This document shows, piece by piece, positions 10,536 through 21,065 of a stretch of DNA of 64,000 bases. A model generated the notes under the pieces. It saw nothing but the letters and a program-made list of their open reading frames with translations. It had not been told where the DNA came from and did not search any database. The position numbers and the translations under genes are program-made. The DNA lies in assembly GCA_965240325.2 (NCBI GenBank), contig OZ251222.1:930001-994000 (forward strand), given 5' to 3'. This DNA comes from Rebecca billardiae RCC1528 (Eukaryota > Protista > Haptophyta). The number at the start of each line of letters is the position of its first letter. Position 1 is the first letter of the stretch.

Positions 10536-13500
10536 CTACAGGTAGAGGTCGCTCGAGCGATTGCCCCACGCCTGCCTGACGGCCTGCTTGCTGCTGTCCG
10601 AGAGCTTGTTGGATCTGGCGCCGCACGCGCGGCGTCACCCCGAGTCCGACACGCAGCCACGGCGCACGTGCGCGCACGGGAGGCGGCGCGGGGGCGGGCG
10701 GGGGCACGCGCGCGTCAGCCGGGGCGCCTGCCCGCGCCCGCGCGCGGCAGGTGCGGATGGGGGTGGGTGCGGAGCCGGCCAGCCGCCTCGGCCACATTGA
10801 CCTCACCGCCGACACGTGTGCGCGCGGCCCCGCCGCCCCCGGAACGCCGCCGCGAGGGCGGCGGCGAGGGGGCGGCGCGCGAGCGGCGCGCGCGGTGTAG
10901 CAGCGCCGCTGTCTCGCGCGCTCGTGCCGCAGCGCCGAGCGCGCCGCCTCCGCCCGAGCGCGTGCGCGCAGGTGCCGTGCGTGTGCGTGTGCGCGTACAT
11001 CAGGCCGAGCGTCTGCAGCGTGGTGTTGTGCTTGAGAGCGTCGGCAAGCGCAGTGCCCGAGGGGTCGCCCAGCGCGTTCGTACTGCACGGCGCAAGGGGG
11101 ACGGCGCGAGGCGCGGCGCGGCGGGGTGGGGCGAGGCGGCGCGCGCTCAGCGCCGCCGTCGCGCGCGCGCGGAGGGGCGGCGCGCGCCGGGCTCGACCCC
11201 GCGCGCACGGCTGCGCGCGCGCCCCGCCGCCGCCGGCCGCCGACACGTGTGCGCGCGGCCCCGCCGCCCCGACCGCCGCCGCGAGGGCGGCGGCGAGGGG
11301 GCGGCGCGCGAGCGGCGCGCGCGGTGCAGCAGCGCCGCTGTCTCGCGCGCTCGTGCCGCAGCGCCGAGCGCGCCGCCTCCGCCCGAGCGCGTGCGCGCAG
11401 GTGCCGTGCGTGTGCGTGTGCGCGTACTGCAGGTAGAGCGTCTGCAGCGTGGTGTTGTGCTTGAGAGCGTCGGCAAGCGCAGTGCCCGAGGGGTCGCCCA
11501 GCGCGTTCTCACTGCACGGCGCAAGGGGGTCGGCGCGAGGCGCGGCGCGGCGGGGTGGGGCGAGGCGGCGCGCGCTCAGCGCCGCCGTCGCGCGCGCGCG
11601 GAGGGGCGGCGCGCGCCGGGCTCGACCCCGCGCGCACGGCTGCGCGCGCGCCCCGCCGCCGCCGGCCGCCGACACGTGTGCGCGCGGCCCCGCCGCCCCG
11701 ACCGCCGCCGCGAGGGCGGCGGCGAGGGGCCGGCGCGCGAGCGGCGCGCGCGGTGCAGCAGCGCCGCTGTCTCGCGCGCTCGTGCCGCAGCGCCGAGCGC
11801 GCCGCCTCCGCCCGAGCGCGTGCGCGCAGGTGCCGTGCGTGTGCGTGTGCGCGTACATCAGGCCGAGCGCCTGCAGCGTGGTGTTGTGCTTGAGAGCGTC
11901 GGCAAGCGCAGTGCCCGAGGGGTCGCCCAGCGCGTTCGTACTGCACGGCGCAAGGGGGACGGCGCGAGGCGCGGCGCGGCGGGGTGGGGCGAGGCGGCGC
12001 GCGCTCAGCGCCGCCGTCGCGCGCGCGCGGAGGGGCGGCGCGCGCCGGGCTCGACCCCGCGCGCACGGCTGCGCGCGCGCCCCGCCGCCGCCGGCCGCCG
12101 ACACGTGTGCGCGCGGCCCCGCCGCCCCGACCGCCGCCGCGAGGGCGGCGGCGAGGGGGCGGCGCGCGAGCGGCGCGCGCGGTGCAGCAGCGCCGCTGTC
12201 TCGCGCGCTCGTGCCGCAGCGCCGAGCGCGCCGCCTCCGCCCGAGCGCGTGCGCGCAGGTGCCGTGCGTGTGCGTGTGCGCGTACTCCAGGTAGAGCGTC
12301 TGCAGCGTGGTGTTGTGCTTGAGAGCGTCGGCAAGCGCAGTGCCCGAGGGGTCGCCCAGCGCGTTCCGACTGCACGGCGCAAGGGGGTCGGCGCGAGGCG
12401 CGGCGCGGCGGGGTGGGGCGAGGCGGCGCGCGCTCAGCGCCGCCGTCGCGCGCGCGCGGAGGGGCGGCGCGCGCCGGGCTCGACCCCGCGCGCACGGCTG
12501 CGCGCGCGCCCCGCCGCCGCCGGCCGCCGACACGTGTGCGCGCGGCCCCGCCGCCCCCGGAACGCCGCCGCGAGGGCGGCGGCGAGGGGGCGGCGCGCGA
12601 GCGGCGCGCGCGGTGCAGCAGCGCCGCTGTCTCGCGCGCTCGTGCCGCAGCGCCGAGCGCGCCGCCTCCGCCCGAGCGCGTGCGCGCAGGTGCCGTGCGT
12701 GTGCGTGTGCGCGTACCCCAGGTAGAGCCGCTGCAGCGTGGTGTTGTGCTTGAGAGCGTCGGCAAGCGCAGTGCCCGAGGGGTCGCCCAGCGCGTTCTCA
12801 CTGCACGGCGCAAGGGGGACGGCGCGAGGCGCGGCGCGGCGGGGTGGGGCGAGGCGGCGCGCGCTCAGCGCCGCCGTCGCGCGCGCGCGGAGGGGCGGCG
12901 CGCGCCGGGCTCGACCCCGCGCGCACGGCTGCGCGCGCGCCCCGCCGCCGCCGGCCGCCGACACGTGTGCGCGCGGCCCCGCCGCCCCGACCGCCGCCGC
13001 GAGGGCGGCGGCGAGGGGGCGGCGCGCGAGCGGCGCGCGCGGTGCAGCAGCGCCGCTGTCTCGCGCGCTCGTGCCGCAGCGCCGAGCGCGCCGCCTCCGC
13101 CCGAGCGCGTGCGCGCAGGTGCCGTGCGTGTGCGTGTGCGCGTACTGCAGGTAGAGCTCCTGCAGCGTGGTGTTGTGCTTGAGAGCGTCGGCAAGCGCAG
13201 TGCCCGAGGGGTCGCCCAGCGCGTTCGTACTGCACGGCGCAAGGGGGACGGCGCGAGGCGCGGCGCGGCGGGGTGGGGCGAGGCGGCGCGCGCTCAGCGC
13301 CGCCGTCGCGCGCGCGCGGAGGGGCGGCGCGCGCCGGGCTCGACCCCGCGCGCACGGCTGCGCGCGCGCCCCGCCGCCGCCGGCCGCCGACACACGGCGG
13401 CGCGCGCGCCGGCCTCGCCCCACCCCGCCCCACCCGCGCGCAGCGCCCGCTCCCCCGGCCCGCGGCGCGCCACCGACGGCGGCAGCGGCACAGCGCGCGC

Positions 13501-15196
13501 ACACAGCGCGCGCGTGCGCGCGCTGTGCGGCGCACCTGAGAAAGAGCGTCCGCAGCGCGGGGCTGCCCTTGAGCACGCCGGCCAGCGCGCGCACGAGCTC
13601 CTCGCCGATGCCGGTCTTGTCGAGGTCGAGGAACACGAGCGCTTCGGAGGCGCGCACTAGGTGCAGCAGCGCGGGGCCGTGCTCCTTCACCACCGCCACC
13701 TTGCCCATCCATTTCGCCTCCGCGAGCTGCATGAGCGCCTCCGCCGAGGGCAGCCCCACTGCCCGCGCCAGCGCCTCCAGCTCCACCACCGTGATCACCG
13801 CTGCCGGGCGCGCGCTGCGGCGCAGCAGGGCCTGCACGAGCGGGTGCTTGGCCTGCTCTGCGCCCAGCACCCACTCTGCGGCGTCGCAGTCGAGGTAGCC
13901 GACGGGGTACGGCGCGCGCACGCGCCGCAGTGACGTGCTGGCCGCGACCGCGTCGGCGAGGGCCGTGAGCGCAGCGCCCGACGGCAGGACCACGAGGAGC
14001 AGCTCCACGAGCCCATCGGCGAGTCTCACCGTCGGAGGGCGCGCGCTGCGCTGCAGCAGGGCCTGCACGAGCGGGTGTGCGAGCTGCTCTGCGTCCAGCT
14101 CCATCACCTTGGCGTCGCAGTCGAGAACGCCGACGGGGCGCGGCGCGCGCACGCGCCGCACCGACTGGCTGGCCGCGACCGCGTCGGCGAGGGCCACGAG
14201 CGCAGCGCCCGACGGCACGAACGCGAGGCGCAGCTCCTCGATCGTGTCCGCCGCCAGCTCGTCGAGCGGCATGCCCTGCCCCAGCCGGAGCACGTACACG
14301 AGCGGGTTCATGCCCGAGCGCCACGAGGGGAGGAAGACTTTGGTCACGAGCTGCGCCAACGACGTGACCAGCGAGGCGGCGAGCACGTACGGGTTGACGG
14401 GGTACTCCTGCGCGTGCGTCACGAGCGCGTACTTGGCGAAGATGTACGCCTGCAGCAGCACCTGCGGCGTCGCTTCGAGCGCCGACTCGTACGCGATGCG
14501 CACCGTCGCGTACCACTGGAAGAAGGCTTCCAGCCGGCCGTAGTCTGCGGGCAGGCCGGCGCACGCGAGCAGCGCGCGCGGGATGTACAGCCGGTTGCGG
14601 TTGTACGCGCGCATGGCGAGGAGCACGTCGAGGCCGAGGATGCCCACCGGACCGAGGCAGACGGCGAGCATGAGCAGATTCTCCTCGTAGCCCAGGTCCT
14701 CGTCCTCGAGCACGCTCGAGCCGACGTAGCGGACGATGCCGAGCATGGTGGCGAGGCACTGCAGCGAGACGAACGCGGTAGTGAGAGACGCCCACCACGG
14801 GTTGCCCGTGCTGTACAGCTGCACGATCAGGTAGATGTCGAGCCCGGCGTCCGCGATGAAGGCCGTGTGCGACGCGACGCCGTGCAGGTACACGCCCGCT
14901 GCGAAGAGGGAAGGCACGATCACCCGAGCGAGCGACAACTTCGATATGAACTCTATCCACTTGGACCAGAGCGTGCGCGTAGCGCTACGCGGGCGGCGGC
15001 TGGACGATGGTGCGCCCGGCCCATTGTCGCGGTTGCTGAGCGCTGCCTCCGAATCGTCGCTCCGCGCCGCGTCGTTGTTGATGATCGGGGCACGCGGTGC
15101 GGCGTCGCTCCGCGCCGCGTCGTTGTTGATGATCGGGGCACGAGGTGCGGCCTCGACATCTTCGTTCCACGCGGAAGTTGATCCGCACGCGCCCAT
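10536..15196 (-). CDS. XK-related membrane domain + RI-like LRR protein, ~747 aa; exons 15196-13536, 13229-13146, 12800-12717, 12369-12286, 11940-11857, 11511-11428, 11082-10999, 10614-10536
   Basis: N-terminal MGACGS. XK-like motifs D.GLDIYL..LY..G.PWWASLT..F, ESALEATPQVLLQAYIF and SLVTSL. Six 84-nt phase-2 exons each encode a 28-aa repeat xNALGDPSGTALADALKHNTTLQxLxLx. All introns are GT-AG. The terminal exon encodes the cap SNKLSDSSKQAVRQAWGNRSSDLYL*. Spliced length is 2244 nt and in frame. Confidence 0.85.
10806..13393. repeat. Tandem array of six ~429-bp units (84-nt LRR exon + 345/347-nt intron)
   Basis: Exon starts are spaced 429, 431, 429, 429 and 429 bp apart, and the introns differ at only a few positions. 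Confidence 0.97.
13805..14217 (-). repeat. Older 231-bp (77-aa) internal coding duplication in exon 1 of the XK-LRR gene
   Basis: PSGAAL.ALADAVAAS.S.RRVRAP.PVG.LDCDA….L.AEQ..HPLVQALL.RSARP occurs twice. Confidence 0.9.
15054..15152 (-). repeat. 48-bp tandem duplication (AAPRAPIINNDAARSD x2)
   Basis: Seen in both DNA and translation. Confidence 0.9.
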
Positions 15197-15400
15197 GCGT
15201 ACGCGCGCGTGCGAGCCGTTTCGTCCGCACGGTCCTCGCCGGGGCCGATCGGGGCGCCGCCCCGAAGAGGCAGAAATGGAAAGTCGAGATCGGAGATCCC
15301 AACGAGTCAGGAGAGCTGCCCTCGTGCACACCTGTCCCTGCAGCTGTGTCTTTAAATTAGTCCACAGCACTTTCAACTTTACAGGTGCAGGCAGCCAGGC

Positions 15401-16589
15401 CAAGGGTAGTAAGGGTGAGCAACTCCGCTGGCGACAGCCGCGGAGGTCGGGAGGGCCAAGGGTGGTCAGGGTCGCCGACTCCAGCGGAGGCCGGCCCCGG
15501 AGCTTCGCTTCCGATTTTTTGCAGCGGCGCGGCGCGCTGGGCCGCCGCCGCTGTGGCGGGCCGCTCGGGGCGTGCACGGCGTGGGCTCGTGCGGCCGCTG
15601 CCGCGCACGCCGAGCGATCCGGCGCGGGCTCGCGGCTTGTCGATGGCCTCGCGCGCCGCAGCGCGACGCGCGCCTTGCCTAGCTTCGCCTGTCTCGCGCC
15701 TTGGCCGCCGTGCACGCGTGCGCCGCCAAACCGCAAGCTCGGCATACCTCTCAGCCGAGCGTGCACGTGCCTTGCGCGACGCGACGCGGGCATTGCCGCC
15801 AGGCGATGTAGCCGTAGTGCGAGCGCGCGCCGTGAAGCCTCGGCGCGGATCGAGAACAATGAAATGATGCCGCGTACGCGCGTGGACCGTCTGTTCGTTG
15901 AGCAGTGCTGAAAGCTGCACGACTGACTCTCTTGCCGGGGCGATCGTCACGTCGCATCGTCACGCAAGGCTCACACACACGTCATAGTGGCGTTCATCGT
16001 TTTGGCTACCACGCTCGACTAGTCTTCACGAGTCGCAGCGTCGCGATAGCCCATCGTTCAACGGAGGACCGTGATGTCCATTGGTGGTTGATGCGTCAGC
16101 AGTTGTCGACAGCTGACCGAGACGTTGAAGACACTCTCGATCCGCGCTGAGGCTTCACGGCGCGCGCTCGCACTACGGCTACATCGCCTTGCGGCAATGC
16201 CCGCGTCGCGTCGCGCAAGGCACGTGCACGCTCGGCTGAGAGGTATGCCGAGCTTGCGGTTTGGCGGCGCACGCGTGCACGGCGGCCAAGGCGCGAGACA
16301 GGCGAAGCTAGGCAAGGCGCGCGTCGCGCTGCGGCGCGCGAGGCCATCGACAAGCCGCGAGCCCGCGCCGGATCGCTCGGCGTGCGCGGCAGCGGCCGCA
16401 CGAGCCCACGCCGTGCACGCCCCGAGCGGCCCGCCACAGCGGCGGCGGCCCAGCGCGCCGCGCCGCTGCAAAAAATCGGAAGCGAAGCTCCGGCGCCGGC
16501 CTCCGCTGGAGTCGGCGACCCTGACCACCCTTGGCCCTCCCGACCTCCGCGGCTGTCGCCAGCGGAGTTGCTCACCCTTACTACCCTTG
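15401..16589. mobile_element. Non-autonomous foldback DNA transposon, P/Galileo-like
   Basis: 455-bp inverted arms (15401-15855 and 16135-16589, about 3 mismatches), termini CAAGG…CCTTG, and a 7-bp direct repeat GCCAGGC on both flanks (15394-15400, 16590-16596). Confidence 0.88.
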
Positions 16590-16866
16590 GCCAGGCACTC
16601 GCGCGGACGCCGAGCCTTGCGCGGGCGGAGTGCGCGTAAATACCGCCGTACCGGTAAGTAACAAGGGGCTTACAAATTGATGAGTACACCAGCTTGATCT
16701 TTCTAAGCCGCACCGCGGTACCGGTAGATGGTGGCTCACAAATTGATGAGTATCTACATACACGCTTCTTGATCCTTCTATATAACAAATCGAACCGCGT
16801 TCCTATTGAAATTGACTTCCTCTATTTCAAGCGGGTACATTTGATTACGGCCCGCGCCAGTCCGGT

Positions 16867-16897
16867 AGCAATGCCCCCCCCAGGGGGGGGCATTGCT
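16867..16897. repeat. Perfect 15-bp palindrome with a 1-nt spacer
   Basis: AGCAATGCCCCCCCC-A-GGGGGGGGCATTGCT. Confidence 0.9.
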
Positions 16898-16899
16898 TT

Positions 16900-18700
16900 C
16901 AAGGAGCGTGTGGCAGGATCCCGGGAACGCCCTTGTGTACCAGCACGACGTGGTGTCCACACTGGACTACAAGCTCAGTGCCAGCAAGCTCACCAAAGAC
17001 GAGCTGCGCAGCATGCGCACCACGATCCTGCGCCCTGTGTGGCAGCGTGTTGGGCTGCCGCACGCGTCCGCGCGCCGATCGCCGCGTGCGGCCCCGCCAA
17101 GACGTGGGGCATTGGCCCCGAGGATCCCCAGGCCAGAGATGCTGGGCAGAAGGTGACCACTCTGCTGAAGGCTGCGAACTCGCTGGCGGCGGATGGCCAC
17201 CTGGCCCGGAGCGCCCTCGGCGAGTGGCACGCCGGCCTGCACTCGCCTGGGTTTGCCCCTGCAGCGTACAGTACCCCTCGTTCGTCGAGGGCGGGCTGCC
17301 CGCGCCGAAGTCCAAGGCGCCAAGGCGCCAACGCGTGCCGCGTGCGAAAGCTGGACCGAGGTTACTCCGAGTCCGAGCTCCTGTCGCAGGACGGCATCGG
17401 GTCAATTGTGAGGGCCGTTGCACGAACTTCCGCGATATTGTGAGCTCGGTTCGCGCACATCCGCTCCTCGGCATGCACAGCGGCTTTGGCATGCGCTGCG
17501 CGCACATGAACGCGAGCTCCGCTGGCGGGGTGTCTGCACCGAGCACAAGGACGGCAAGGTCAGCGTGCTCATCACATGCTAAGACGACGAGTCGTCGTAT
17601 CAAGCGGCGCGTCGCAGTCGTCTGCAGTCGTCCCGACAGCGCCAACGTGTCCTCTGCTGCTTGCTCACCACCGTTGTCCCTGAGGGCCTTGTGCATCACA
17701 CGTGGCGCATCCCTCAGCGACGCTCTGGTGTCGTCGAGCTTTGCGAAGGGCTCTTGTCCGCACAAACGGCCTGGAGTCGTGCCTCTGCGGCTGCAATCGC
17801 CTCTTCAGGCCGCAACACGCGGTTGTCCAGCTGAAATTGCGACGGGGCGTTGCTCAGGAGGTCCGCCCCGAGTCGCTGGCGGCGCTGCCTGTCGCCATCG
17901 CCGCCGGCTCCCGGGCTCACGCCCACCGGCCGCGCCCGCTGGGTACGTGTGTAATGGCCGGTTAGTCCCCCTCGGGGCGCCAGTCCGGCTCAAAAGCGTT
18001 GCCCGCGGCTGGCGCGAGATGGCTGCCCGCATCGCTCCCAGCGTGGGCCGGCATCCGTCTCGCACAACGAGGGAGCGCCCACGCGGACACCACGGGCGCG
18101 ACGGCGCGTGTGGCGTTGCGGGTTGTGTGACATGTACGTGCTTGAGGTATCTACGCACATTGGCGCCTGTAATCTACCTCCATTGTCGCTTGGCTTGTGC
18201 AAGCGAGTAGCGACCGCTGCTGTGATCTTTGATAATCGTACGGCCACCCGCCCTAACAGCGCTGGCGCCCTGCTCGGATTCTTACCCTGCGCTCCTGGAT
18301 GAGTGAACGCGAGCAGTGCACGTAGCCTTCAGAGGGAGGCTGCCAGCGCGTGCGCGAGCTCTCGAGCCCATCCGATCCTTGCAGACACCCCCTGGAAGAG
18401 CTCCAGAGCCATACACGACAGAAGCTGCAGAAAAATCCCAATTCAAAAAGCAATCACCGTAATGCCTGGTATACTACCACAGGAGCGGAGACGCTGGCCC
18501 TGGAGCGGCGAGCGAAACTACATGCGAGCTGCGAGCGCTGACGGCATTCCATGAACGATGCGCAAACATCCACCACCGACAACTCCGGCCTCCCCCGGCG
18601 TTATGCACTTGTCTTTGCCCCGTGCACGGTCGGCGTGCACGTCGATCACAGGCCATGCGGAAGCAGGGACAACAGGAGCTGGAGAGAGGTGGATACGAGT
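16900..18700 (+). pseudogene. Degenerate non-LTR retrotransposon (LINE) ORF2 remnant, RT thumb-like region and downstream sequence
   Basis: Frameshifted LVYQHDVVSTLDYKLSASKLTKDELRSMRTTILRPVWQRVGLP…P.K.WGIG..D resembles the post-RT thumb segment of LINEs. No catalytic YxDD is seen, and the 3' boundary is uncertain. Confidence 0.45.
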
Positions 18701-18897
18701 CGCCCAGCGATGCCAGGGCCTGAAGAAGAGTCATCTACGACCATCAAACCCCATGAACCAAAAGCCTTGCGACGCGGCAACGCTTTTGGCTTTTGCCTCA
18801 ACTGCCGGCAGCCATCGTGCCCCGAGGGGGACTATTATTCACTATTCCGACCAAGGTTCCGTTTCAGACCCTTGCGATCGGCGACGAAGGGGCTGGC

Positions 18898-20320
18898 GAT
18901 GGCAACGTGCGTCGTGGGAGGGGCACGTTCGCGGTGCTGTGCGGCCGGGTGCGCGTGGGTGGAGAAGGCGAGGCTCGCGTACGTGCAGGAGCCGCAGCTC
19001 TAGGGCCTCAGGTCGCTCCAGCACGGCTGCGGCGTCGGCTTGCTCCCGCCCGCGCCTACCGTGGGCTACGCGCGTTGGCTCTTCTGCGACGAGCACGACC
19101 CTGCTGCTCTAGCGCTGATCGGCGACGTCGTCGTGGTTGAGAGCCTCTTCGGTAGTCCCGGTCCGCGTCGTCACGGCTATCTGAGGTGCGCGAGCGACGT
19201 GCGAAGCTGCACGTGCAACGCACTCTGCTCTCTCGCGCGCGCGCACAGTCGACAGCACGACATCTGCTTCTGGCGCAGCCTGTCATAACAGCGGCTTCGG
19301 CGCGCCCTCGCAGGCGCGCGCGGTTAATCCCTGTCGTGCAGCCAACGCGTGCGTGCGGCTGCGCGTTCGCGCACGCCGTCGAGCATCAAGGCGTCTTGCG
19401 TGCACCGCTGGTCCGCCGGTCGACGTCTGGGCGTCAGAGGCAGCCGAGTAGTCAGCATACGTCTGTATGATACTAGCGCTCTAGATAGCAGTGTCATTGA
19501 TGCGGTCGGCAGCGCGAGATCGGCCTGGGCATCTCGGATGATGTGCCCCTGAGTTGCAGTCAGAGGCGCCAGACCCAGATCGGGCCCGGCGCCTGAACCT
19601 GGGCTACTTGTCTGCGGCACGGCCGCAGCCTGGCCCGCTTCTTGCCGGCTTGGGCTGTCCACCCCGGTCGGCCAGCGGCCGGCGCGCGGCAAATAGCTCA
19701 TCCAGAGGCCGCGTGTCGCGCGTTCAGCCGCGCTGCCGAGCTCTAGCTGCACTTCGCCACGAGCTCATGCAGCGCCACGAGCGCGGTGTCGCGCTGCTCG
19801 GCGTACTCACCTCCTGGCGCCGCCACCGACAGGTCGATGCACACGGGCCACACGGCCATGGCGATGAAGTGGCCAGCGGCTGCGTGGGGCTGGCCCTCGC
19901 GCAACAGCCGCTGCCTGTCCACGTCGAAGCGCCGCGCGTACGCCGCCGCCTGCGGCGTGGCTGCGTACACTTGTCACCAAACGCCGCGTCCGCGTCCGTC
20001 TCCTCGCCGCGCACCGCGTGCCACTCAACGCGCAGCTGGTGCAGCTTGGGCACGGCGGGCAGCGCGACGCGGAGCGCGGCGTGGTTCGCCTCGGCGGCGA
20101 CGCAGTAGCGCGACGCGGCGCGCGCCGCCTCGTCCGCCTTGATCCCGGGCGTTAGCATGTGCAGCATGCTCTTTGTCATGTCGCCCAACCTGTGCGCCAG
20201 CGCGGCCAGCAGCTTGCCCTGTCAACTGACAGGCTTCACGACAGGCCGACGGACGCTTGAGCGTGCTGCCCAAGGGCAAGGGCTCAATGAGCAAGTGGCG
20301 AAGTGCCTGCCGCAAAGTCT
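18898..20320. pseudogene. Unassigned degenerate coding-like fragments (+ strand 18898-19288; - strand ~19600-20320)
   Basis: Protein-like stretches broken by stops and frameshifts; no family recognised. Confidence 0.3.
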
Positions 20321-20388
20321 GTACGTACGATCGACTACGAGTCGTAATATAATCTGACCCGCTGCGCGCGCGGCGTCAACCGCCGTAG

Positions 20389-20518
<130 letters not shown>

Positions 20519-21065
20519 CGTATATTAATACTAGAGTCGCAGTGCATGACGGTCACAGACCGCGAGGCCGAGAGTCAGGTGCCGCGGGCAGGCACTACCG
20601 GCGTCGCCGTAACGAATACGACGACTCAGTCACCGTCACGCCAAAGGACCATCATTTGATGGTCCTTTGGTCACGCGGCAGTCGCGGCACACCCGTGCAT
20701 TCCGTGCAAGTGCAACTCGGCCAATGCCGTCGAACCACTCGAACCGCGACTCCTAAGGCGGGCTCCTAGGGCAGTCCTGTGGCTGTGTGACGCGAGAGTG
20801 TCAGCGGCGCCGCGCAGGATTGGCAGGCCGCCTGGCCACGGCTGTCGAATGAGAGGCGGCAGGCCCGCTCTCGGCGGGCCCGATCAGTATTCCGCACTGT
20901 GCTGTGTGCACACAGTGACGCAGCGGGCACGCGCCTGCAATGGGTACGGATGGACAGCTCAAGGTGCCAACAGGCGGCGCCGCGCAGCGCTCACTCGGTG
21001 CGTCCACGGCGACCTATTGTCGCTCGTCGAACACACCCGCTGCCCACGATGGCTGCTGCACCCCC

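Noticed and set aside
10806-13393. CRISPR-like or plain satellite interpretation of the 429-bp array
   Set aside because: The units are far too long, have no unique spacers, and contain in-frame spliceable LRR exons. No cas genes are present.
12434-15859. The 1141-aa ORF as a single unspliced protein
   Set aside because: Its first 221 codons lie upstream of MGACGS, largely in the foldback transposon, and its tail reads through GC-rich introns.
16900-18700. RT remnant as the DGR-like enzyme diversifying the LRR exons
   Set aside because: It is frameshifted, LINE-thumb-like, lacks a catalytic motif, and no template repeat is visible.
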